A stretch of DNA of 64,000 nucleotides, taken from the NCBI GenBank assembly GCA_002715725.1, contig PAZU01000004.1:18580-82579 (forward strand), read 5' to 3'. This document shows positions 55,850-64,000 of the stretch, piece after piece. Positions within the stretch are counted from its first letter, which is position 1, and every line of letters starts with the position of its first letter. A program made the position numbers and the translations under genes. The notes under the pieces were generated by a model. It saw nothing but the letters and a program-made list of their open reading frames with translations, was not told where the DNA came from and did not search any database. The DNA is from Methanobacteriota archaeon (GTDB lineage: Archaea > Thermoplasmatota > Poseidoniia > Poseidoniales > Poseidoniaceae).

Positions 55850-58800
55850 TGCACGTCCTGCTTCCTACGCATCAGCATGAACGCTGCTGCTCCAAGGAAA
55901 ATAAGAACAAATAACACAGTTCCAATAGAACTACTCTCTGAGTCTTCACCTGAACTGGTTCCTTCCGAGATGTCTGGAATCCCGTCTCCATCATCATCCG
56001 GGTCTACGGTAAGCCAGGTTGTTACTCCTAATGGGCAGTGTAAGTCATCGGGCTGTCCGTCATTATCTGTGTCAATACTAGCGCATGCGTCGTAAGGCCA
56101 AGCATCTCGAACGTCCAATGAGCCATCATTGTCATCATCGGTATCATAGATATCTGGCCCGCAATACAAGTTTTCTTCCTTATCAAACCAGGTTTCGGAA
56201 TTGCAAGTTAAAGTCCAATCTTCATCTGAATCTAAAAGAGTAATTTCGAAGCTAAGTGAATCGCTAGAGGTTTTACCTTGTGTATCGGTGACATCTAGCG
56301 ACAGAACATAGAATCCCGCAGGAAGATCTGTAATGTTATTCCACTCGCCCGAAAGTTGCATCATTTCGGTTTGACCAACTACTACACTCCATACAATATC
56401 TAAATCTGCATTGGCATCTAGGTCATCACTAATTACCGCTCTAATCTCAATAGGTAAACTTTCCATAATTCTAAATCCATCATCTGGAATAATAATCTCT
56501 ACTTCGGGTGCTTGATTGCCAATCATGTCAACTTGAATGACATCGCCTTCGCTAATCCCAAAGAAAAAGTTAGAATCTGTATCTGGCAAATTTTGTGCTG
56601 AAGCAATGACTCTAACCGATGAGAAATCTCGCTCTCCTGTATCATCTACAACCTTTGTTGGTAACGCTATTTGTATACTGCTTCCTTGTGCAGTTCCGGT
56701 CCAATAATCTTCCACTTCAAGGAACAGGTTTGCTTCTTGAGAATTTCCATCAAGTCTTACGTCGAAGATGTGCGTAGACCATGTTCTGATTTCTCCAAAT
56801 GATGTAGATTCCGATGTTGGTGAAACATCATACAAGTTGGCTGTAGCAGAGTCTACGTCAACTGAGCCATTTAGCGTTCCATCATAAACCATAATTGAGG
56901 CCCCATCGCTAGATATAGCAACTAATGATTCGATATCAACATCCATTAGAATCATCGGCGCCGATTCTCCATCAGTGTGCAAATCTACTCCCTTTGTACA
57001 GGAAGAGATTGTAGAATCGGAAACGACTAGAGATGCTGAAGCTCTGCCATGATGTGCAGTAATACCAGTTCCACTTCCTCCACAATCAATATTCAAGTTC
57101 GACAAACTACCTGCAGAATTATCCAAATCAATAGCAGGGGCGCCATTGATACTGACAGTGTCGATGATAATCTCCCGGTTATCAGTGCCATTCAAAGAAG
57201 TCAGGTTTAGTTCATTCATTTCGAATCCATCTAGATTATTTACAACTAAGTCTGCTCCATCAAGGTTCGATAAGTGGCCTTCCACAGCACCTAAACTAAC
57301 CGTGTCCGTTACAGTCAATCCATCAATCTCCATACCAACTCCCTGTGCCCAAATTGCATCTGAATGGCAATTTTGCATATCCACATTTTCCATAACTATT
57401 GAAATCGAACCTTGAGACTCGAAGCAGTGTGATGCTGAATCGGTGAAGGTTGTCGATGCTATGTGCAAGGTTCCTTGAGCCGAATTAGTTGTACGCAATA
57501 GTGGCTCCGCACTACTCGAGCGCGCTAGAGATGAATGACTGAATACTACATCAGCATCTCCGTTAATTGTCATTAATGGTGAGCCTTCTACCAAACTAGT
57601 TCCCAAAATCTGTACTGAAGTTTCAGCATTATCACCGACTAATAATCCTCCCCATCTCGCTCCTCCTCCCATTGATGAGATTGTTGAGAAGCCAGAGTTG
57701 AAGGTGCCTTCAACAGTAATTGTTACTTGATCAGCGATGCGTAAATGTGCACCATCGTTGACTGTCATTGTTTCGCCTTGTGGTACAACCAAATCGCTTG
57801 ACAGATGATATGGGCTCCACAATTTTTCAAGAATTAGCCACTCGTCTAGAGTGCCGCCATCAATTGTAGATGCAATGAATGTGTGCTCCATAGAACTCGA
57901 TGTGTCCCATGCCATCAAATCGGTAATCTGCCCCCATTGCATTTCTACTTGCATTAGCCCCGTCGTAATTGTTCCACTAGAATCTACGCGCAAAGCAGTA
58001 GTTGATTTGCTAGCCTCGCCGTTAGAATCCGTAGATACGCTTTGTCCATCGATTGTTACTGTTGCGCCTTGAACAGCATCTCCTTTGTCAACAACTGAGA
58101 CATGTAGGGTGTTTACTATTTCCAGTGATGCCCCCCCTCCTACGCTTACGTTTGAAACACTACCCGAGTTGATTGTAACTTTGCAGGAATTATCTAATTG
58201 AACATCGCCAACGATATGCAAATGATACAACGTGATGTCGCTTTGACAGGAAGTCCACAGAACGTCTCCATTTATTGTTAGATTAGAACTCATTGAATCG
58301 CTAAACAGGCCTGAATGGGAAACCACATCTCCGTAGAATTGTGAATCTATTCCCTCGAAATCCCCTAATGTGTTCACTGTTAAGGATGCAGTTTCAGGGA
58401 TCTCTAAACTAGTATGCTGGAGAATCAATTGAGCATTGGATGCAATTGTAATGTTTCCTCCAGCAGTGTGCGGGGAGCCATCTTCAGTTGGGCCCAGAAC
58501 TACTACAGAGCCAGCACCAAGAACCCAATCTCCTTGTGGCATTATTGGAACTTGCATTGTGTGAGAACCGCCTTGAATACCCGTTGGAGAGGATAATGCG
58601 CCAACTCCTGCATATGTTGCAGTAATTTGTGAGCCACTTTCACTAACAGGCAGTACTGCACTTCCGCTGTTTGCTGTTCCGCTAAATCCTAGAACTTGCC
58701 AATCTGCATCGACTGGGTTTCCTGTTAAATCTTCAAAATTGATTGTCATCTCCCAAAGACGGTTGTTGGTAGTTGTAGCCAAATTGAGAGTTTGGCTAGT

Positions 58801-60444
58801 TCCATAATTTAGAATTCCATCCCCGGTTGAATCTGAGTTTAGATTGCTTGCGGATGTCCAAGACCAGACTGTAACTTCGGATTCCGAATCTATGACTCCG
58901 GCTTCCTCGTGGAAACTTGACGACCAAGTTCTCAATACTGCACTAGATGAAACCATTACCAGTCCATTATCGGATACTCGTGTTTCCAAGGAATCTGAAA
59001 CATGGATTGATGAAGAGCTACTATACAATCCCTGTTCACTAGAATCCAACAACGTCAAATCGTCGGATTGTAAAACCGATTCGTGTACCAGCATGCTATT
59101 TGCAAACCCGCTTACTGAAATTTCTTCAGCATCGATATTGCACCACCAGGATTCGATTCCCGTGCTACCGGATTCAAATTGATTGAATGGCATGTTTATG
59201 TGTAAGTCGGAGAATGTGTGTGCTCCTTGAAGAATGTCAATTCCTTTTTCTCCGCCCGTCGAAATGTTAACTACAACAGAGTCCAGAGTTGTTGCTGAAA
59301 TTCCAGAAAAGGATAATCCAAGTCTATCGGATTCAAACAGCGAATCTGTAATCGATAGAGTCCCAGTACCAGAGGCCTTGAGTGCAGAATCTGATGCTTC
59401 TATTTGCGTTGAAGTTACGATGTAATCCCCGCTACCAGCAAGTGCCATACCAATCCACGGAGCATCATAGGAATTCATGCCCGAAGAAAACTGTCCTGTC
59501 AAAGAAATATTCGATAGAGTTACAGTTCCTGATGTCCTCAAATCGATGGGCGTCTCAGGGCTATTTGCGAAGAAGGCGGCATCTGAAATTGTCAAATCGC
59601 CAGCAGACCATGAGTTAACCAATCTCTCACCAGACATATCTATGTTTGATACAGTGAATCCTGTCGAGTCGACAGATACGACTGCATTGGCGGATTCTCC
59701 CTCCATTCCGTCTACGTCACCAGTAACTCCAGAAGATATTGTGAGGGCATTTCCAACCCCTGTTGTGAACTCTAATTGTTCTACATCAGCAGTACCTCCA
59801 GTCAATGCAATACCAACGCCAGCATTACTGAATGAAGCATCTGATAACACCATATCACCACTAGAATGAATTCCTCCTGAAACATCATCGATAGTTGCTG
59901 CTGTGATGTCTAAATTACCTGTTGAGCGAATCCCGTCGTGATCAACATGGCTAATGGTTACACCATCGATAGTTGCAGAACCATCAACTTCGATTCCTAT
60001 CAAGCAATCCTCGATTGCTAGAGATTTTGCTGTTAATGTACCATCAATAATCATACAAGATTTTGCGTTTGAGATTGTTACATTATCAAGAGTTGCACTG
60101 CCAATTGAGGTTATGGTCAGTGCATCCCACACTCCCGCATTGTGAGAGCCTGGGCCTGTTGTTTGGATTGAAGACATAATTGTTGCATTGTTTGCAATTA
60201 AAGTTCCCTCTACTTCCATCCAATAGTTCTGCATGTCAATTGTTGTACCTGGTTTGATTGTTAGAGTGGTACCGTGTGAAACCGTATAATTCCCAGTCAT
60301 CGTATGGTTTCCTGATAGGTCAACATCTTGTGTTGTTACCGTATCATTTGCGATTACCACCGACAAAGAAGAGAGGGTGATTAAGGCTGCTAGCAACAAA
60401 GAACGGATTCTCATATTGGCATGTAAAGCCTCATCTACCATCAA
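55846..60444 (-). CDS. Giant (about 1530 aa) surface protein with right-handed parallel beta-helix repeats, C-terminal TSP3-like Asp-rich repeats, TM and basic tail
   Basis: Signal MRIRSLLLAALITLSSLSVVIA. Long G/S/T/N/D-rich beta-helix-like repeats. DTDDDNDGSLDV...DTDNDGQPDD...DPDDDGDGIPD. C-terminus SSSIGTVLFVLIFLGAAAFMLMRRKQDVQ. Confidence 0.75.
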   Translation of the reverse strand: MMVDEALHANMRIRSLLLAALITLSSLSVVIANDTVTTQDVDLSGNHTMTGNYTVSHGTTLTIKPGTTIDMQNYWMEVEGTLIANNATIMSSIQTTGPGSHNAGVWDALTITSIGSATLDNVTISNAKSCMIIDGTLTAKSLAIEDCLIGIEVDGSATIDGVTISHVDHDGIRSTGNLDITAATIDDVSGGIHSSGDMVLSDASFSNAGVGIALTGGTADVEQLEFTTGVGNALTISSGVTGDVDGMEGESANAVVSVDSTGFTVSNIDMSGERLVNSWSAGDLTISDAAFFANSPETPIDLRTSGTVTLSNISLTGQFSSGMNSYDAPWIGMALAGSGDYIVTSTQIEASDSALKASGTGTLSITDSLFESDRLGLSFSGISATTLDSVVVNISTGGEKGIDILQGAHTFSDLHINMPFNQFESGSTGIESWWCNIDAEEISVSGFANSMLVHESVLQSDDLTLLDSSEQGLYSSSSSIHVSDSLETRVSDNGLVMVSSSAVLRTWSSSFHEEAGVIDSESEVTVWSWTSASNLNSDSTGDGILNYGTSQTLNLATTTNNRLWEMTINFEDLTGNPVDADWQVLGFSGTANSGSAVLPVSESGSQITATYAGVGALSSPTGIQGGSHTMQVPIMPQGDWVLGAGSVVVLGPTEDGSPHTAGGNITIASNAQLILQHTSLEIPETASLTVNTLGDFEGIDSQFYGDVVSHSGLFSDSMSSNLTINGDVLWTSCQSDITLYHLHIVGDVQLDNSCKVTINSGSVSNVSVGGGASLEIVNTLHVSVVDKGDAVQGATVTIDGQSVSTDSNGEASKSTTALRVDSSGTITTGLMQVEMQWGQITDLMAWDTSSSMEHTFIASTIDGGTLDEWLILEKLWSPYHLSSDLVVPQGETMTVNDGAHLRIADQVTITVEGTFNSGFSTISSMGGGARWGGLLVGDNAETSVQILGTSLVEGSPLMTINGDADVVFSHSSLARSSSAEPLLRTTNSAQGTLHIASTTFTDSASHCFESQGSISIVMENVDMQNCHSDAIWAQGVGMEIDGLTVTDTVSLGAVEGHLSNLDGADLVVNNLDGFEMNELNLTSLNGTDNREIIIDTVSINGAPAIDLDNSAGSLSNLNIDCGGSGTGITAHHGRASASLVVSDSTISSCTKGVDLHTDGESAPMILMDVDIESLVAISSDGASIMVYDGTLNGSVDVDSATANLYDVSPTSESTSFGEIRTWSTHIFDVRLDGNSQEANLFLEVEDYWTGTAQGSSIQIALPTKVVDDTGERDFSSVRVIASAQNLPDTDSNFFFGISEGDVIQVDMIGNQAPEVEIIIPDDGFRIMESLPIEIRAVISDDLDANADLDIVWSVVVGQTEMMQLSGEWNNITDLPAGFYVLSLDVTDTQGKTSSDSLSFEITLLDSDEDWTLTCNSETWFDKEENLYCGPDIYDTDDDNDGSLDVRDAWPYDACASIDTDNDGQPDDLHCPLGVTTWLTVDPDDDGDGIPDISEGTSSGEDSESSSIGTVLFVLIFLGAAAFMLMRRKQDVQ

Positions 60445-60508
60445 TACATTGCTTCCGAGTCTCCTACGGAGACTCTTTTTTCAATACACTTAGAATAATC
60501 CCAGGCAG

Positions 60509-60583
60509 TGGGCCTGCCCAGATTTGAACTGGGGTCTGACGGCCCCCAGCCGCCAAGTATAGGCCAAGCTAACCCACAAGCCC
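60509..60583 (-). tRNA. tRNA-Pro (anticodon GGG), no encoded CCA; D-stem atypical
   Basis: Minus-strand sequence GGGCTTGTGGGTTAGCTTGGCCTATACTTGGCGGCTGGGGGCCGTCAGACCCCAGTTCAAATCTGGGCAGGCCCA. Good acceptor, anticodon (GGCGG/CCGTC, loop CTGGGGG) and T arms (CCCAG-TTCAAAT-CTGGG). The D stem has two non-Watson-Crick pairs. Position downstream of rpoN matches the conserved archaeal synteny. Confidence 0.55.
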
Positions 60584-60605
60584 TTGCCTGGGGAATCTGA
60601 TTCGA

Positions 60606-60815
60606 CTAAGCTCGCTCGCGAGGTGCACTGAAAGGTGCAACTTCACTGATCAAGTCGATGTGTGAAACAAACATTCGGCGGCAACAATAGAGGTCAAATC
60701 CAAGTTCATCAAGGGCCGTCATTATATCGGTACCCGCTTCTTTCTTTTCATTGAATTCTTCCCACTTATGTGCGATAAGACTGCCACAACTAAAACAACG
60801 TACTGGAATAATCAT
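60606..60815 (-). CDS. rpoN: DNA-directed RNA polymerase subunit N (Rpb10)
   Basis: MIIPVRCFSCGSLIAHKWEEF...YCCRRM is the canonical RpoN zinc-ribbon signature. Confidence 0.9.
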   Translation of the reverse strand: MIIPVRCFSCGSLIAHKWEEFNEKKEAGTDIMTALDELGFDLYCCRRMFVSHIDLISEVAPFSAPRERA

Positions 60816-60820
60816 CTAAA

Positions 60821-61258
60821 TCACCTGTAAGACTTCTGCTTCTTTCGGCGAGCACCACGACCGAGCTGGTGTTTTGGTTCCTTTCGACGAGGGTCGTTAA
60901 CCAGTAGACTGCGATCAAATCGCAGGTACTCGTCACGTAGTTCCTCATCGAGTCCTTCTGCACCACCATTGTAATGGACTAGGCCACGAGCAATTGCAGT
61001 TCGAATTGCATCGGTCTGACCCATAACTCCACCACCATGTGTTAGAATATTAATGTCTACCTTGGATAAACGGTTCATTGCATCAGCAATAATCAGCGGC
61101 TCCATTGCCTTACGGCGAGATAGAGCAGGTTGCATGATTTCAATAGGTTCGCTGTTAACTCGAACTCTTCCCTTTCCAACCTTGACAGTTGCACGAGCAA
61201 CTGCGGTCTTACGCTTACCTGATGTGTGTACGACTTTCTTACCTTTGCGAGCCATCAC
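60821..61258 (-). CDS. rps9: 30S ribosomal protein S9 (uS9)
   Basis: GKRKTAVARATVKVGKGRVRVN...GGGVMGQTDAIRTAIARGL...GRGARRKKQKSYR. Confidence 0.9.
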   Translation of the reverse strand: MMARKGKKVVHTSGKRKTAVARATVKVGKGRVRVNSEPIEIMQPALSRRKAMEPLIIADAMNRLSKVDINILTHGGGVMGQTDAIRTAIARGLVHYNGGAEGLDEELRDEYLRFDRSLLVNDPRRKEPKHQLGRGARRKKQKSYR

Positions 61259-61743
61259 TGCTCACCTCCGTTCCATCGGTGTGCTGGTGCGCCTAGGTTA
61301 GCGCTAATCTCTCCCAAGCGAACAAATCGCTGAGGAAGAGGGCGTCGAATCTTGCTGTCATCACCTGCTTCGTGACCTTCTGGAAGGTCTCCTGACAAGT
61401 GGCTAGGGCAGCCGATTTCGACACGAAGATTGCGAAGTGCACGACGTCCGCTACTCTTTGCTTGGTAAGGCAACATGCCTCTGACTGTTCTCTTAAGAAT
61501 CATATCAGGCATTCTAGGGAAATATGGTCCCTTGCGAGCATGGTTTAGCGCATACTTATCGTGATAAGTAGCGAATACTGAAGTTGGTTTGCCTGAAACG
61601 ACAGCCTTCTCAGCATTTACAATAACCACTTGGTCACTGTTACCAGCACGAGTGCTCTTCAGAAGAATATCTGCAACTGTACTAGCCAAACGGCCTAGGA
61701 CAAGTCCATCGGCATCATAGACGAATGTCTTGCTATCAACCAA
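61255..61743 (-). CDS. rpl13: 50S ribosomal protein L13 (uL13)
   Basis: DADGLVLGRLASTVA..LL.....VVIVNAEKAVVSGK...RTVRGMLP signature. 4-nt overlap with rps9. Confidence 0.9.
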   Translation of the reverse strand: MVDSKTFVYDADGLVLGRLASTVADILLKSTRAGNSDQVVIVNAEKAVVSGKPTSVFATYHDKYALNHARKGPYFPRMPDMILKRTVRGMLPYQAKSSGRRALRNLRVEIGCPSHLSGDLPEGHEAGDDSKIRRPLPQRFVRLGEISANLGAPAHRWNGGEQ

Positions 61744-62101
61744 GGATGTACACCCCCGATCCGTTTGGGTTTTCGTTCATTAGTTCAGCAAGCGAAAGGA
61801 CTCTGCCTCCTGCTGCCTCAATTTTCTCACGGGCTCCTGCGCTGACACTGTATGCGGCGACGTCGTGCTTGGCTGAAACTTCACCACTGCCGAGCAACTT
61901 GCCTGGAACGAGGACTGTTACGCCCTCGGGGCAATGGCGGCTCAAACGGCTTAGGTTAGGTTGCGCCCAATTACTACGGCTCTTAGAAAGGCGTAGCGCG
62001 ACATCTCGCCACAGAGGTGCGCCGGTCTCGCGAGACTGTGCCTTCAAATCGCCGATTAAATCGACTAGATTTGGGTTTGTCTTGCTTACGGGTTTACTCA
62101 T
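61736..62101 (-). CDS. rpl18e: 50S ribosomal protein L18e (eL18)
   Basis: MSKPVSKTNPNLVDLIGDLK...VLVPGKLLGSGEV..K..VAAYSVSAGAREKIEAAGG. Start taken at the internal MSKP, giving about 120 aa; the ORF extends to 62140. Confidence 0.85.
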   Translation of the reverse strand: MSKPVSKTNPNLVDLIGDLKAQSRETGAPLWRDVALRLSKSRSNWAQPNLSRLSRHCPEGVTVLVPGKLLGSGEVSAKHDVAAYSVSAGAREKIEAAGGRVLSLAELMNENPNGSGVYILG

Positions 62102-62211
62102 ATGACTCACTCGATGCTTTAGAAGCAAGTCGCCGACCAACCACCCTGTTATGAAGGCACCGACGCGGCCAATCTCCTCTTCGCGCCGTAGTTGACCGCT
62201 TTTGCGAGATT

Positions 62212-62685
62212 TTAATCGAGTAAAATATCGCCTTTAGCATCTAGCAGTTCAACGGTTAATCCTGCTGCTCTAGCCTGGACAAGAATGTCGTTGTGAAGAG
62301 TATCTGAAAAGTCATCAAGTGCCTGCAAAGAGGTAATCGATGCGACATCGGTGAGTTGGTCTATCAAATGGTTTAGCACACAAGAGACCCCATACGCTTG
62401 ACCTGCTCTAAACGCATGATCTACTCCGCCAATCTCGGGGTCTTCAGCTTTCATTCGCAACATTACCTGTTGTGAATAAGCAACCAATGCGCCATAAATC
62501 GATTCGATGATTTGTGCCGCCTCTAAATCCGTAAGCAATAACTGGGCATTCGACAACGCCGCTCGCACCGCAGAACCATAGATTCTGTGCGCTTCAATCG
62601 TATTCATTCCTTCTTGCATCATCGCTTGGTCGATGAGAGTCTTCCAATCGCTCATAGTGCACCCACAGAGGACTAGACTCATCAA
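62212..62685 (-). CDS. Hypothetical protein upstream of the r-protein operon (not RpoD-like)
   Basis: ORF of 157 aa with no recognised motif. Sits at the position where rpoD is often found in archaea. Confidence 0.4.
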   Translation of the reverse strand: MMSLVLCGCTMSDWKTLIDQAMMQEGMNTIEAHRIYGSAVRAALSNAQLLLTDLEAAQIIESIYGALVAYSQQVMLRMKAEDPEIGGVDHAFRAGQAYGVSCVLNHLIDQLTDVASITSLQALDDFSDTLHNDILVQARAAGLTVELLDAKGDILLD

Positions 62686-62746
62686 CCCTACGCCGACGAA
62701 TGGGCAAAGTCGGGATAACCCCCGACTTTGCCCTAAAGCCGATTAT

Positions 62747-64000
62747 TCAAATCTTGAAATTTGAATTGTCTTCGTTTTCGTCGATACCTGCCTGCTTGAC
62801 AGTACCATCTGCTGCTACGAATTCTCCAGCCTTGGTAAGGCCGCCATACAATTTAGCATCATGTTCCTCTGTACGAGTAATCATTCCGCCATCGCCAAGA
62901 GCAAGTGCAAGGCTCTTCGTAATCTCGTTCAGAGTTGCAATTGCTCGATCACGGTGGCTTGGGCCAATCTCGTGGTCTGAATAACGTGCTTCTTCGAAGA
63001 TTGCGATGAATGCATCCAACTGGTCTGCAGGGACCATGTGGAATGCTCCACGAACTGCGCTCTCGAATTCACGTGTGGTTTCGTAAACCTTCTTCATGAA
63101 TCCATGTCGGCGGAAGTGCTTGACTAACTGCTTGTAACAATCGAAGATGATTGCGATGTATTCGTTTGCAGCTTGTAACTGTAGCATTGTATCGGTTAGT
63201 ATACCGCGCAATGCTTCAACTTGGCGTCTTGCTACAACTCGTTGATAGTACATGACTCCAGCGACCAATGCTCCTAGTAGAACAATAACCAGCGCCATAA
63301 TTGTGGTCGGAGTAAAGATCCCGTCACTTTGGTCACTGACCTTTGCCTTCATGTAATGTACTTCGTGAGTAATGTTGTCACTAGACTCTGCGAAGAATGT
63401 GGAACCAGGGTAGTAAGCCTTGATTCTCCAATCTCCCGAACATGGTTCTCCTTCACAAGTTCTACCGGAGAAAGCCCAATCGAATGATGCAACACCTTGT
63501 TCGTTGGTATATGATTCATTACGGCCTTCTACAACCCATTCCATCGAATCGGAGTCCCAGTATTCTCTGATGAAGAATATCTCTTCGTTCTCAACCGCCA
63601 GGTCTAGCCTATCGCGCAATAGTGCGATTTCTCCGTAAACATTGTCATTGGTATCCAAACCATTGTTGTTGACATATGACCAAGAGGTCTTCACCTGTAG
63701 ATCGACTCTGCTCCTTACAAGAACTACAATATCCATGTGTGAACCATTCAATACATTGCTAGTATCCTTATCACATCCGCCTGGAACGTTGATGTCTGGC
63801 TCAAACGCAACTCTTAGCAATCTGAATCCTTCAAGTTCTCCGCCAGTTGTTTCAACTCCCTTCAAACCAGGGTTTTGACTCGGATCTCCACTGAACCATT
63901 CAACCATTCCATCGGATTCTCTTGTGTAGATGCTCGATAGAGGGCGTACGTTCTTCTGAGGGTCGAGATAAATATTCAGACACTTGCCTCCAACATATTG
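62747..64000 (-). CDS. Membrane protein with extracytoplasmic N-terminal region, one TM and a C-terminal DUF4129-like domain; 5' end beyond the window
   Basis: The reading frame stays open from 63907 to the window edge. TM IFTPTTIMALVIVLLGALVAGVMYY. C-terminal REFESAVRGAFHMVPADQLDAFIAIFEEARYSDHEIG resembles DUF4129 tails seen in MoxR/DUF58-type operons. Confidence 0.5.
   Translation of the reverse strand, partial: QYVGGKCLNIYLDPQKNVRPLSSIYTRESDGMVEWFSGDPSQNPGLKGVETTGGELEGFRLLRVAFEPDINVPGGCDKDTSNVLNGSHMDIVVLVRSRVDLQVKTSWSYVNNNGLDTNDNVYGEIALLRDRLDLAVENEEIFFIREYWDSDSMEWVVEGRNESYTNEQGVASFDWAFSGRTCEGEPCSGDWRIKAYYPGSTFFAESSDNITHEVHYMKAKVSDQSDGIFTPTTIMALVIVLLGALVAGVMYYQRVVARRQVEALRGILTDTMLQLQAANEYIAIIFDCYKQLVKHFRRHGFMKKVYETTREFESAVRGAFHMVPADQLDAFIAIFEEARYSDHEIGPSHRDRAIATLNEITKSLALALGDGGMITRTEEHDAKLYGGLTKAGEFVAADGTVKQAGIDENEDNSNFKI

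Noticed and set aside
1-64000. CRISPR array or cas operon
   Set aside because: No short direct-repeat/spacer periodicity was seen in any intergenic region, which are all shorter than 230 bp. The single Cas4-like gene has no cas1/cas2 neighbours.
1-64000. Prophage, integrative element or transposon
   Set aside because: No integrase, transposase, terminase, capsid or IS-like inverted repeats were recognised. The bacterial-like genes (AddAB-like, LigA) sit among housekeeping genes with similar composition.

Overview
This 64 kb window reads as archaeal chromosomal DNA. Archaeal hallmark genes are present: the rpl18e-rpl13-rps9-rpoN cluster with a tRNA-Pro, MCM helicase, GatE, Pth2, Trm1, PAC2 chaperones and an archaeal-type PS decarboxylase. 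A DTE-motif proteorhodopsin with Gln at the tuning position and many huge, acidic, C-terminally anchored surface proteins suggest a planktonic marine euryarchaeon of the Marine Group II / Poseidoniales type; that placement is inference. Coding density is very high, many neighbouring genes overlap by 1-25 nt, and two tRNA genes (Arg-GCG, Pro-GGG) lie on the minus strand. No CRISPR array, integrase or transposase is visible. Most notable is a two-gene AddAB/AdnAB-like helicase-nuclease module of 1599 and 1220 aa on the minus strand, with Cys clusters in the RecB-type nuclease domains of both subunits, which would be unusual in an archaeon. Other items worth a second look: ORB-like dyad repeats in the divergent mcm/esterase intergenic region; a bacterial-type NAD-dependent DNA ligase; a Cas4-like Fe-S nuclease convergent with a DnaQ-type exonuclease; a TSP3-repeat/FSH1-hydrolase fusion; two adjacent secreted proteins sharing an N-terminal C-x(1-3)-C-H motif; and a recurring C-terminal sorting-signal-like architecture on three surface proteins. 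All functional calls rest on motifs read by eye from the ORF translations; no database searches were run.
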